Positions 1 to 9,678 of a stretch of DNA of 64,000 nt are shown piece after piece. Location of the stretch: NCBI GenBank assembly GCA_050998515.1, contig JBPCQC010000019.1, forward strand, positions 200,357 through 264,356, in the 5' to 3' direction. Origin of the DNA: Verrucomicrobiales bacterium (lineage in GTDB: Bacteria > Verrucomicrobiota > Verrucomicrobiia > Verrucomicrobiales > V1-33). The notes under the pieces were generated by a model that was given only the letters and a program-made list of their open reading frames with translations, ran no database searches and had not been told where the DNA came from. Position 1 is the first letter of the stretch, and every line of letters starts with the position of its first letter. Position numbers and translations under genes: made by a program.

Positions 1-1
1 G

Positions 2-898
2 AAGGATGGCGAGGTCGTTTCGCCCATCAGGTTGCGCGTGCCGCAGCTCCGGGGACTCGCCGAGCCTTTCACCGTGACGCTCGATTTCGGTCCATTGCCA
101 GCCGATCGCCCGCTGGCGCTGGCACTTACCGGCTGGCTGCGTTTCGGCGGCGGCATGACCAATGTCGCCGCTTCACACGATCCAACTCTGCCCTTCCCCT
201 TTCCCACACTCGAAGCTGAAATCGAAGGACGGTGGCAATCGGTCGATGTTATTTGTGGAGCGCCCGCCGGAAAAACGAAATCGATAGTCGTCGACCTAAC
301 CGGAAAACTGCCCACCAACACGTCACGGCTGCGTCTCACTACGGCGTTCGAGATCCACTGGGACCGCATTGCGCTGTTTGAACGGGCCGATGCGCCAGTG
401 CGCTCAGTCACACTTGCGTCCGCCACCGCCGACCTTCACTGGCATGGCACCAGCCAGTATGAAAGCAAACCGTGGACCGTCCCCCTGACTCCCATCTATG
501 AGCAAGTGCAGGCGGCCGCACCGTGGTTGATTACTCCGTCGGGCTGGTGCACGCGTTACGGTGACGTCAGGGAGTTGGTGGCAAAACGCGACGACGCGCT
601 TGTGATCCTCAATTGCGGCGATGAAGTCACCCTCACTTTCCCGGCCGCGCAGTTGCCACCCAAATCACCCGGCCATCAAAGAGAGTTCTTTCTATTTTCC
701 TCCGGGTGGGACAAGGATGGCGATTATCACGTGGAACGAGGCCTGACCGTCGAGCCGCTGCCTTTTCAAGGCATGGACGATCAACTTTACGGCCGCCACC
801 CGCGACCTGTCATCGAAGGCGATTGGTGGATTCCCAAATATAACCGGCGTTGGGTGGGCCCCCTCGCCCTGCGCAAAAATACCCCCGGCGATCATTGA
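2..898 (+). CDS. C-terminal part of a conserved hypothetical protein (5' end lies upstream of the window)
   Basis: The reading frame is open from base 2, with no stop before the listed TTG at 32. It ends at TGA 896-898 and has coding-like composition. It lies directly upstream of the cytochrome/TPR and CRTAC1-like genes. No family recognised by eye. Confidence 0.45.
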   Translation, partial: KDGEVVSPIRLRVPQLRGLAEPFTVTLDFGPLPADRPLALALTGWLRFGGGMTNVAASHDPTLPFPFPTLEAEIEGRWQSVDVICGAPAGKTKSIVVDLTGKLPTNTSRLRLTTAFEIHWDRIALFERADAPVRSVTLASATADLHWHGTSQYESKPWTVPLTPIYEQVQAAAPWLITPSGWCTRYGDVRELVAKRDDALVILNCGDEVTLTFPAAQLPPKSPGHQREFFLFSSGWDKDGDYHVERGLTVEPLPFQGMDDQLYGRHPRPVIEGDWWIPKYNRRWVGPLALRKNTPGDH

Positions 899-1136
899 CG
901 ACTCGGCGAAAAAATCCCTATGGACCAGCATCTCTCACAAGTCATTGACCTCACGGAGCCTGCCGCGAATTCGATCGAGAACATGTCGGTTGATCAGGCG
1001 CGGGCCTGCCTGCTGCGAGGAGGTACGGATGCCGTCGGCGCCATCATTGGGTCTTTCGCCCTTCTCGCAAGTCGGGGCCTTTGCTTCCTCACGATAGACT
1101 ATCCGCGGGTGATTCCACCCCAAGGTAGGTTTTCGC

Positions 1137-3953
1137 ATGGCTGTCCCTAATCCAGAATTGCCGCTTGCGGACAGGCGCCGTTACGTCCGCGCCGTTGGCC
1201 CGCGTCTGCACATTCTGCTCGGTATAGTGTTTGCGCTCGTGGCGCTGCTCGGCGCAAACTCGCTCTATCTCGTGAGCATTACGCTCCTCGAGTGGTTTCA
1301 AGGCCTTTCCTACCAGAACTATTTCTACCAGTTCATGTTCCTCGCGCATCTGGTGCTTGGGTTGCTGCTGGTGGTCCCATTCATCGTTTTTGGCGCGTGT
1401 CATATTCGCAACGCGCATGACCGGCCAAACCGCCGTGCCGTGCGGGTAGGCTATGCCCTTTTGTTGACCAGCCTGATTCTGTTATTCAGCGGTATCGCCT
1501 TGATGCGCGTGAGTGGATTCGAGATTAGAAACCCGCATACCCGGTCGGCAGCTTACTGGGCGCATGTTATCACGCCGCTACTTGCCGTGTGGCTATATGT
1601 GCTGCACCGCCTCGCCGGCCCCCGCATCAAATGGCGCGCCGGACTGCGCTGGGGAATTGCGGTGGTCGCGGTCGTCGCGGCTCTCGTCGTGTTGCACGCA
1701 CAGGATCCCCGCAAGTGGAACGCCGTTGGCCCCAAGGAAGGCGCCAGGTATTTCGAACCGTCGCTCGCGCGGACCGCAACCGGGAACTTCATCCCGGCAA
1801 AGACGCTTCAGATGAACGAATATTGCATGCAGTGTCACAAGGACACTTACGACAATTGGTTTCATAGCGTGCACCACTTCAGTTCCTTCAATAACAAGCC
1901 ATATCTTTTCAGTGTGAAGGAAACGCGAGAGGTTGCCTTGAAGCGCGACGGCAATGTCCAGGCCGCGCGCTGGTGCGCCGGATGTCATGACCCGGTGCCG
2001 TTTTTCAGCGGCGCCTTCGATGACCCGAACTTCGACCTCGAAAAACACCCGACCTCACAAGCAGGCATCACCTGCACGGTGTGCCATTCCATCACCCATG
2101 TGAACAGCACGCGCGGCAATGCTGACTTCACCATCGAAGAGCCCACTCATTACCCCTTCGCCACGAGCGAAAACCCCATCCTGCAATATATCAATCAGCA
2201 ACTGGTCAAGGCCAAGCCGGACTTCCATAAGGCTATGTTCCTCAAACCGCTGCACAAATCGGCAGAGTTCTGTTCGACCTGCCACAAGGTTTCGATTCCC
2301 TACGCGCTGAACCATTACAAGGAATTCCTGCGCGGGCAGAATCACTACGACGGTTTCCTTCTGAGCGGGGTTTCCGGGCACAACGCGCGCAGTTTTTATT
2401 ATCCCGAAAAGGCGAAAAACAATTGTGCTGAGTGTCATATGCCCCTGGTGGCCTCGAATGACTTCGGAGCGAAATTCAACGACCCGGCAAAGCCGGGTGA
2501 ATTAAACGTTCACAATCACCTCTTCCCCGCGGCGAATACTGGCATCGCCGATATCCGCGGCGCGCCCGAGGTCGTAAAAGCGCACCAGGCGGTGTTGAAA
2601 GACTCGGTTCGCGTGGACCTCTTCGCGCTCAAAGAGGGCGGCGCGATCGATGGCAAACTGATCGCGCCGTTGCGGCCACTGATACCGGCGCTCCAGCCGG
2701 GCAAAACGTATCTGCTCGAAGTCGTCCTCCGCACCCTGAAAGTGGGACATCCGTTTACCCAAGGCACGGCCGATTCCAACGAGGTATGGTTGGATGCGCG
2801 AATGGAGAGCGAAAACAAGGTGCTCGGACGCAGTGGCGGGCTCGGCCCGCATAATGCCGTCGATCCCTGGTCGCATTTTGTTAATGTCTATATGCTCGAC
2901 CGCCACGGCAAGCGAATCGACCGCCGCAACCCGCAGGACATTTTTACACCGCTTTACAATCATCAAATACCGCCCGGTGCGGCGCAAATCGTTCATTACT
3001 CTTTCAAGGTTCCCGACGCGCAGCGGGAACCGCTAACGATCGAGCTCAAGCTCCAGTACCGAAAGTTCGATACCACGTTTATGCAGTATGTTTTTGGAAA
3101 AGAGTATGTGAACAAGCTTCCCGTTACCACCATCTCATCCGATCGGATCGTCTTTCCCATCGAGTCCGCGCCACTCTCGACGGTCGGCCCACAACTCTCG
3201 GCTATCCCACCGTGGCAGCGGTGGAACGATTACGGCATCGGCCTATTGCTCGAGGGCGACAGAGGCGCCGAGAAGGGTGAACTCGCGCAGGCCGAGCAGG
3301 CATTTTTGCAGGTCGAACAGGCTGGGAAGGTCGATGGTCCGCTCAACCTGGCTCGGGTTTTCCTAAAGGAAGGCCGGTTGGAAGATGCCGTGGCGGCATT
3401 GCAGCGGACGGCAACGTTTGATCCGCCCGCTCCGCGCTGGACCGTGGCCTGGCTCACCGGCCTGGTTAACAAGCAAAACGGTTTTCTAGACAAGGCTATC
3501 GCTGAGTTCCGCAGCATCCTCGAAGATCGCTATCCCGAACTGGACCAGCGCGGGTTCGACTTCAGCAAGGATTACGAAGTGATCAACGAACTCGGCCAAA
3601 CCCTCGTCGAACGCGCAAAAATGGATCGGGGGTCGGAATCAGAACAGCGCACGTGGCTGCTGGCTGCAATGGAACGATTTGAAAGAACGCTGACCCTCGA
3701 TTCCGAGAACCTCACCGCGCACTACAACCTCGCGCTCATTCATGAACAGCTTGGTGATGCCCAGCGCGCTACCGAACATCGCAAATTGCATGAGCGCTAC
3801 CGGCCGGATGACAACGCGCGGGACCGCGCAATCGGTATTGCCCGGCGGGCCAATCCGGCGGCCGATCATGCCGCGCAGGCGATCGTGATTTACGACTTGC
3901 ACCGTTTGGGCGCGCCAGAATTGCCAGAGTCAACGACGGCGCTTGCCCGGTGA
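1137..3953 (+). CDS. Membrane-anchored multiheme c-type cytochrome with C-terminal TPR region
   Basis: 938-aa ORF with an ATG start. The N-terminal ~190 aa carries several hydrophobic helices. There are five CxxCH heme-binding motifs (CMQCH, CAGCH, CTVCH, CSTCH, CAECH). The C-terminal part has TPR-like repeats (e.g. AHYNLALIHEQLGDAQRA). Confidence 0.75.
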   Translation: MAVPNPELPLADRRRYVRAVGPRLHILLGIVFALVALLGANSLYLVSITLLEWFQGLSYQNYFYQFMFLAHLVLGLLLVVPFIVFGACHIRNAHDRPNRRAVRVGYALLLTSLILLFSGIALMRVSGFEIRNPHTRSAAYWAHVITPLLAVWLYVLHRLAGPRIKWRAGLRWGIAVVAVVAALVVLHAQDPRKWNAVGPKEGARYFEPSLARTATGNFIPAKTLQMNEYCMQCHKDTYDNWFHSVHHFSSFNNKPYLFSVKETREVALKRDGNVQAARWCAGCHDPVPFFSGAFDDPNFDLEKHPTSQAGITCTVCHSITHVNSTRGNADFTIEEPTHYPFATSENPILQYINQQLVKAKPDFHKAMFLKPLHKSAEFCSTCHKVSIPYALNHYKEFLRGQNHYDGFLLSGVSGHNARSFYYPEKAKNNCAECHMPLVASNDFGAKFNDPAKPGELNVHNHLFPAANTGIADIRGAPEVVKAHQAVLKDSVRVDLFALKEGGAIDGKLIAPLRPLIPALQPGKTYLLEVVLRTLKVGHPFTQGTADSNEVWLDARMESENKVLGRSGGLGPHNAVDPWSHFVNVYMLDRHGKRIDRRNPQDIFTPLYNHQIPPGAAQIVHYSFKVPDAQREPLTIELKLQYRKFDTTFMQYVFGKEYVNKLPVTTISSDRIVFPIESAPLSTVGPQLSAIPPWQRWNDYGIGLLLEGDRGAEKGELAQAEQAFLQVEQAGKVDGPLNLARVFLKEGRLEDAVAALQRTATFDPPAPRWTVAWLTGLVNKQNGFLDKAIAEFRSILEDRYPELDQRGFDFSKDYEVINELGQTLVERAKMDRGSESEQRTWLLAAMERFERTLTLDSENLTAHYNLALIHEQLGDAQRATEHRKLHERYRPDDNARDRAIGIARRANPAADHAAQAIVIYDLHRLGAPELPESTTALAR

Positions 3954-3954
3954 T

Positions 3955-5805
3955 ATGGCGGCCGAACCACCAGCGTCGGAACCAGAGGACCTTGTTCACC
4001 AGGACGACCGCATTATTGGGCGCGCGTTTCGGTGGTCGTTTGTCATGCTGATGCTTGGCGCCGCGACTATCGGAGCGGTGATGTTTGCACTGAGACGTCA
4101 GCCCGAGCAACCCGCGCCGAAAATCACCACGCTGGCACCACCGGTCCGCCGGGATCCCCCGCCGGCCGAGGTCCCGGTGGCTCACTTCAGGGATTTCACT
4201 CGCGAAGCAGGCGTCACCTTCGTCCACAATAACGGCGCCTACGGTGAAAAACTGCTCCCGGAGTCAATGGGCGGTGGCGTCGTGTTCTTCGACTACGATG
4301 ACGACAGCGCTCCCGATTTACTCTTCATCAATTCAACCTACTGGCCGGGTCATATGCCGGCCGGCAAGTTACCGACCACTCCCGCGCTTTACCACAACGA
4401 CGGCAGCGGACACTTCTCCGACATAACGGCCGGCTCCGGCCTCGACGTCGCCATTTATGGGATGGGGGCCGCGATCGGTGACTACGACAATGACGGGCGG
4501 GTGGACGTTTTCATCAGCGCTGTCGGCGGCGGACATCTTTTCCACAACGAAGGTGGCGGCAAATTCCGCGAAGTCACATCCGCGGCGGGGGTGTCGGGCG
4601 ATGCAGCAGATTGGTCGACCAGTTGCGCGTTCCTCGATTACGATAACGATGGCCACCTCGACCTCTTCGTGGCCAATTACGTCAGGTGGTCACGTGAGAT
4701 CGACTTCGAGGTCGGCTACAAACTCGTTGGCATTGGACGCGCCTACGGTCCGCCCATGAATTTCGAAGGTGCGGGTTCACGGCTCTACCACAACGATGCG
4801 AACGGTCGCTTCACCGACGTCTCCGAAAAGGCCGGCATTCTCGTCAAAAACAGCGCCACCGGTTTGCCAGCCGGCAAGGCGCTGGGTGTCGCGCCAGTCG
4901 ATCTCGATCGCGATGGCTGGCTCGACCTCGTGGTCGCGAACGACACCGTGCAGAACTTCGTTTTTCACAACCGGAGGGATGGCACGTTCGCCGAAATCGG
5001 CGCGCTCTCGGGGATCGCCTTTGACACCTATGGCAATAGCCGCGGCGCGATGGGAATCGACTCCGCCTACTTCCGCAATGACGAAGCGGTCGGAATTGCC
5101 ATTGGGAACTTCGCCAACGAAATGAGCGCGCTCTACATATCCCAGCGTTCGCCGCTAAATTTCAGCGATGAGGCAATCCCACAAGGTGTTGGCCCCGCGA
5201 GTCGTCTGTTCCTGAAGTTCGGCACGTTCTTTTTCGATTACGATCTTGATGGCTGGCAAGACCTGCTCTTCGCAAACGGCCATCTCGAAGAGGAAATAGG
5301 GAAGGTGCAGCCGAGTCAGCACTACGCGCAGCCGGCGCTCCTTTTCTGGAATCGTGGCGCCCATGGCCGCAGCGGGTTCGAAGTCGTGGCGGTGTCGCGG
5401 GTCGGCGCAGATTTGTTCAAGCCGATCGTCGGCCGCGGCTCGGCTTATGCGGATATCGATCGCGATGGCGACCTGGACGTTGTTCTAACCCAAGTCGGCG
5501 GTTCCCCTCTCCTGCTGCGCAACGAACAATCGCTCGGCCACCATTACCTGCGACTCAAGTTGATCGGGACAAAATCAAATCGCGATGCCATTGGCGCGAG
5601 GGTGCTTGCACGGGTTGGCCCGCGCACTCACATTCAGCAGGTCATGCCCGCGCGCGGTTACCTGTCGCAATCGGAATTGCCCCTCACGTTCGGCTTGGGA
5701 GCCAAAGAGACAGTGGAAAGCATCGAGATCACGTGGCCCGGCGGCGCGCGGCAAGAGGTCAAAGATTGGAAGATTGATGCCACCACATTCGTCCAACAAC
5801 CTTGA
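3955..5805 (+). CDS. CRTAC1-family / FG-GAP (VCBS) repeat protein with ASPIC-UnbV-like C-terminus
   Basis: ATG at 3955 lies 1 nt after the upstream TGA (the track's TTG at 3943 is also possible). It has an N-terminal TM segment. Repeated DYDNDG/DxDxDG calcium-binding FG-GAP motifs are present (DYDDDSAPD, DYDNDGRVD, DYDNDGHLD, DLDRDGWLD, DYDLDGWQD, DIDRDGDLD). The C-terminal 'NRDAIGARV...GYLSQSE' is typical of ASPIC/UnbV. Confidence 0.8.
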   Translation: MAAEPPASEPEDLVHQDDRIIGRAFRWSFVMLMLGAATIGAVMFALRRQPEQPAPKITTLAPPVRRDPPPAEVPVAHFRDFTREAGVTFVHNNGAYGEKLLPESMGGGVVFFDYDDDSAPDLLFINSTYWPGHMPAGKLPTTPALYHNDGSGHFSDITAGSGLDVAIYGMGAAIGDYDNDGRVDVFISAVGGGHLFHNEGGGKFREVTSAAGVSGDAADWSTSCAFLDYDNDGHLDLFVANYVRWSREIDFEVGYKLVGIGRAYGPPMNFEGAGSRLYHNDANGRFTDVSEKAGILVKNSATGLPAGKALGVAPVDLDRDGWLDLVVANDTVQNFVFHNRRDGTFAEIGALSGIAFDTYGNSRGAMGIDSAYFRNDEAVGIAIGNFANEMSALYISQRSPLNFSDEAIPQGVGPASRLFLKFGTFFFDYDLDGWQDLLFANGHLEEEIGKVQPSQHYAQPALLFWNRGAHGRSGFEVVAVSRVGADLFKPIVGRGSAYADIDRDGDLDVVLTQVGGSPLLLRNEQSLGHHYLRLKLIGTKSNRDAIGARVLARVGPRTHIQQVMPARGYLSQSELPLTFGLGAKETVESIEITWPGGARQEVKDWKIDATTFVQQP

Positions 5806-6084
5806 TAAAGCGGCTTTCGTCTGTTTACAACCGGCTCAGGCTGTGGATTCAGTGCGTAAGCACCAATACCGCCCAGAAACAGGCCAGACAGAGAAGAAGC
5901 GTGGGTTTCCTTGCAAGCCGGCACACTCAGTCGTGGTATTCTCCGACGCAAAAAAAGCATCGCGGTGTCCATAATCTCCCGGGTGCCTATGTTTGCGGGC
6001 TTGTGGCGCCCTGACCGCTAAGTATTTTGCGCCCCCACGATTTCTGGCACTCCGACATTGAAACAACAAACAACAAGACACATA

Positions 6085-6642
6085 ATGAAAAAAACGATGA
6101 TCGCCTGGTTCGCCGTGGCACTGCTCAGCGGCGCCACTCTTCTCGAAGCTCAAGAGCTACCGAAGATGCCCCCTCCGGTGAAGGAGCACGCATGGCTTCA
6201 GCAGTTTGCCGGAGAATGGGAATCTGACGTCGAGATCTTCATGGAGCCGGGCAAACCTCCCATGAAGGCACATGGAATCGAGAACGCGCGAATGATCGGC
6301 GGCTTCTGGGTCGTCGCCGACGGCAAGGGTGAAATGATGGGAATGCCATTCATTCATCAGCTCACGCTTGGGTACGATCCTGAGCAAAAGAAGTATGTGG
6401 GAACCTGGATCGACTCGATGTCGAGCTATCTCTGGAAATATCAGGGATCAGTCGATGCCAGTGGGAAGAAGCTGACCCTCGAGACAGAAGGTCCCTGTCC
6501 CATGGCTCCGGGGAAGCTCTCGAAGTTCAAGGAAATCACCGAGTTCAAGAGCAATGACCACAAAGTCTTTAAGTCCGAAATGTTAGGGGACGATGGCAAA
6601 TGGCGGACAGTTGTGACCGTCGACTCCCGGCGAAAGAAGTAG
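6085..6642 (+). CDS. DUF1579-like secreted protein
   Basis: ATG at 6085 gives the signal peptide MKKTMIAWFAVALLSGATLLEAQE. The body (GGFWVVADGKGEMMGMPF...LGYDPEQKKYVGTWIDSMSSYLW) matches my recollection of the DUF1579 family. Confidence 0.65.
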   Translation: MKKTMIAWFAVALLSGATLLEAQELPKMPPPVKEHAWLQQFAGEWESDVEIFMEPGKPPMKAHGIENARMIGGFWVVADGKGEMMGMPFIHQLTLGYDPEQKKYVGTWIDSMSSYLWKYQGSVDASGKKLTLETEGPCPMAPGKLSKFKEITEFKSNDHKVFKSEMLGDDGKWRTVVTVDSRRKK

Positions 6643-6718
6643 AACCTGGGAGCCGCCAAGACGGGTTGTTCTCTTGCAGGCTCGCCGACTAGCTCTCCAG
6701 AGCAAAGGCAGGACAACC

Positions 6719-7328
6719 ATGCGCTACAGAAAGATTGCTCCCATGCTCAAGAAGATCCTCATAACGGTCGCGGTGATCGTTGTTCTGTTTGTCATCATCG
6801 TTGTGCTGCAGCCATCCGAATTCCGCGTTACGCGGTCAATCACGGTCTCGGCTCCGCCGCCGGTGGTTTTCGCGCAGGTTAACGATCTTCACAAATGGCA
6901 GGCATGGTCCCCTTGGGAAAAGCTGGATCCTGCGTTGAAGCGAAATTACGAAGGACCTTCAACCGGGACCGGCACCACCTACTCGTGGGCAGGCAATAAC
7001 CAGGTGGGTGAAGGTCGCATGACGATTACTGAAAGCCGTCCGCATGATCTAATCCGAATCAAGCTCGATTTCATCAAGCCGTTCGCTTCCACCTGCGCGA
7101 CCGAATTCACGTTCAAACCCGTTGCAGGCAGCCTCGGCGAGGCCGCGCCGGGGTCAGCGACCCCGGGCGACAGGCGCCAATCAGACCGCGGTGACGTGGA
7201 GCATGGCCGGCAAGAACAACTTCATGGCCAAGGCAGTCCACCTTTTCATGAACATCGATAAAATTGTCGGCGGACAGTTCGAGCAGGGCCTCGCGCAACT
7301 GAAGTCGGTGGCGGAAGCGGGGAAGTAA
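6719..7328 (+). pseudogene. SRPBCC (polyketide cyclase/START-like) family gene, frameshifted by a ~50-nt GC-rich insertion
   Basis: The N-terminal part (MRYRKIAPM...CATEFTFKP) is in one frame and ends at 7261. The conserved C-terminal part (NQTAVTWSMAGKNNFMAKAVHLFMNIDKIVGGQFEQGLAQLKSVAEAGK) is in another frame and ends at 7328. The two parts are separated by extra sequence at 7121-7178 containing an 8-bp GC hairpin. Confidence 0.65.
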
Positions 7329-7362
7329 AAGGAGGTTGTCTCATGCCCCGACTACGAGAATC

Positions 7363-7440
7363 ATGAACTACGTTGATGGCTACGTGTTAAGTAACCTTTT
7401 TCACAACTGCGGAAAAACAGGTATGACGCCAATTTCGTGA
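7363..7440 (+). pseudogene. Possible 5' relic of a DUF1428 (YbaA-like) gene
   Basis: The ORF starts MNYVDGYVL, which resembles the conserved M-x-YVDGFV N-terminus of DUF1428 proteins. It then loses similarity and stops after 25 codons, directly next to the VapBC module. Confidence 0.3.
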
Positions 7441-7540
7441 TGCCTATTCGCATCCATTCGCATGCATTCGCGATTAAAATGAATGAGGCTGAGGCCCCGC
7501 CTCGTTGGATGATAACCGAACGCTTTGACGTGCCTCTGGA

Positions 7541-7990
7541 TCAGGCCGATTTTTCCGCGATCGGGTTCCAAACCTTTTCGAAGCCGAATTCTTCGAAGTG
7601 GCCAACGTTCGCAGTGGCAAAGTGTGTGACACCGTGATGGCGGAGTGTGAAGGCGAGGCGGGCGTCGATACTGTGACGAAAACCGGTCGCCGTTGTTGCG
7701 GCCCATTTCCATAGGGGCTGAGCGACATTGGCTTCGTAATCACCGAATTCCCAAGCGGGATTCGAGCGAAGCGTCTCACAGAACGCGGCGGATGCCGCGG
7801 CGGTGCGGGGCGTTGGGAAGACGGCGGGATTGCGTAGTTGCATGTAAATTTCCACGAGGACGAGGCCGCAGAGAAGAAATCGATCCTCACCGGAGCCGTC
7901 GGAGGCAAAAAACCTCTGCGCGTTTTTGTGGTGCGGTGAGTCGGGATTGGCCGCATAAAGGAACAGATTGGTGTCAGCGGAAAGAATCAT
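7541..7990 (-). CDS. vapC: PIN-domain ribonuclease toxin (VapC family)
   Basis: 149 aa. PIN acidic residues appear in the expected context (MILSADTN..., ...LVEIY..., ...SIDARLA...). It overlaps the upstream antitoxin gene by 4 nt. Confidence 0.8.
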   Translation of the reverse strand: MILSADTNLFLYAANPDSPHHKNAQRFFASDGSGEDRFLLCGLVLVEIYMQLRNPAVFPTPRTAAASAAFCETLRSNPAWEFGDYEANVAQPLWKWAATTATGFRHSIDARLAFTLRHHGVTHFATANVGHFEEFGFEKVWNPIAEKSA

Positions 7991-8238
7991 GAGGCGGAGC
8001 GCTGGAGCATCGCATCAGCCTCGGCACGAAGGTCTGCCGGATCGACAAGATAATCGCCGCCGCAGTCGAGGATGGGAAAATGCCAAGAGTTGCTAAGCTT
8101 CGCCGGCTCTGGGAACCGGCTGACGAAGTGCTCGGCAGCCTTGCGCATGACTTCGGCCAGTGACCAGTCATTTTGCTCCGCAATTTCCTTCAGGCGTCGG
8201 TAAAGCGGATCTGGAAATTGAATTTGTGTGCGAGTCAT
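7987..8238 (-). CDS. VapB-type antitoxin (RHH-like)
   Basis: Internal ATG at 8238 gives an 83-aa protein, MTRTQIQFPDPLYRRLKEIAEQNDWSLAEVMRKAAEHF.... It has a ribbon-helix-helix-like N-terminus and a 4-nt overlap with vapC. The longer 167-aa ORF in the track has an implausible N-terminus. Confidence 0.7.
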   Translation of the reverse strand: MTRTQIQFPDPLYRRLKEIAEQNDWSLAEVMRKAAEHFVSRFPEPAKLSNSWHFPILDCGGDYLVDPADLRAEADAMLQRSAS

Positions 8239-8509
8239 GATGTCGTATCTACATCGGTGACGAAATGATGTCAATCTGCTTCTTGAGTGGCACGCCTGTG
8301 TTAATGGCAAATGCCCCGCTGCCATCCACATCGCTCCACTGCCTGCATTATGGACACGCTCCCTTCGTCTGGAAAAGAGACTGGGGAATTCAGCATTGGT
8401 TGAAGTCGCGAAATGGAATCGACGTTTGTCCGCTCGAACTCTCGTTCGGCGAATTGAAAAGCAAGAATCGGAGTTTTTCTTTGCAGACAAGGGCTACGCT
8501 CACAGCAAA

Positions 8510-9607
8510 ATGAAAATAGCATCTTTTGGAACCCTCGAAAAAGTCGGTCGGGGAAACTATCTCAGCGACGAGGAGTGCTGGAATGCCGTTCTCCACCGCG
8601 ATGCGAAGGCCGACGGGAGATTGCGTTATGCCGTAACGACAACCGGAATCTATTGCCGTCCTTCGTGTGTGGCCCGCCGGGCGCGACGCCAGCACGTCCA
8701 GTTTTTCGCTTCATCCAAAGCGGCCGAAGGAGCCGGTTTTCGTGCGTGCAAACGCTGTCAGCCAAACGGCCCCGCATTGGATGAACTATACGCCGCGAAC
8801 GTGGCCAGGGCCTGTCGGATTATCAAAACGTCGGCAACCGCGCCTGATCTCGATACGCTGGCGAAGTCGGCAGGCATGAGTCGCTTTCATTTTCATCGGG
8901 TCTTCAAAAAATTTGTTGGTCTCACGCCGAAAGCCTACGCCACAGCTCATCGCGCGGAACGCATGCGCCGGGAACTTCCCAAACGCAACACGGTGACCGA
9001 GGCCATTTATGAGGCAGGCTTCAATTCCAATGGGCGCTTTTACGCTGAGTCTTCGCAGATGCTTGGGATGGCTCCGAAGGATTTCCGTCAAGGCGGAAAG
9101 GGAACCGCCATCCGCTTCGCCGTCGGAGAATGTTCGTTGGGATCGATTCTCGTGGCCGCTTCGGCCAAAGGTGTTTGTGCGATTTCATTGGGCGATGACC
9201 CCAGCAAACTCGTGCAAGAACTTCAGGACCGCTTCTCGAAATCGCAATTGATCGGTGGCGACAACGATTTTGAGCGCGTGGTCGCCGAAGTGATTGGCTT
9301 CGTAGAAGCGCCGAAGCTCGGCTTGAATCTGCCGCTCGATGTGCGGGGCACTGCATTCCAACGGAGAGTTTGGAAAGCCCTTCGCGAAATCCCCGCTGGT
9401 TCGACGGCAAGCTATACTGCCATCGCGAAACGCATCGGTTCGCCGAATGCGGTGCGTGCAGTAGCCGGCGCCTGCGCCGCGAATGCCATCGCCGTCGCCA
9501 TCCCCTGCCACCGCGTACTGCGCACCGACGGCAGCCTCTCCAGCTACCGCTGGGGCGTCGAACGCAAACGGGTTTTGCAGGAAAAGGAGTGTCCGTTGGA
9601 GGTGTAG
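8510..9607 (+). CDS. ada: Bifunctional Ada: methylphosphotriester-DNA methyltransferase / AraC-type regulator / O6-methylguanine-DNA methyltransferase
   Basis: ATG at 8510. The N-terminal Cys cluster is present (YCRPSCVARRA..., CKRCQP). An AraC HTH follows (MSRFHFHRVFKKFVGLTPKAY). The C-terminal MGMT active site IPCHRV is present. Confidence 0.85.
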   Translation: MKIASFGTLEKVGRGNYLSDEECWNAVLHRDAKADGRLRYAVTTTGIYCRPSCVARRARRQHVQFFASSKAAEGAGFRACKRCQPNGPALDELYAANVARACRIIKTSATAPDLDTLAKSAGMSRFHFHRVFKKFVGLTPKAYATAHRAERMRRELPKRNTVTEAIYEAGFNSNGRFYAESSQMLGMAPKDFRQGGKGTAIRFAVGECSLGSILVAASAKGVCAISLGDDPSKLVQELQDRFSKSQLIGGDNDFERVVAEVIGFVEAPKLGLNLPLDVRGTAFQRRVWKALREIPAGSTASYTAIAKRIGSPNAVRAVAGACAANAIAVAIPCHRVLRTDGSLSSYRWGVERKRVLQEKECPLEV

Positions 9608-9678
9608 GTGATAGGCGACCCCACCAGGCCTTCCGGCCATCTCGCACTCCAAAGGGTGAACATTCCAAAGCAAATGCG

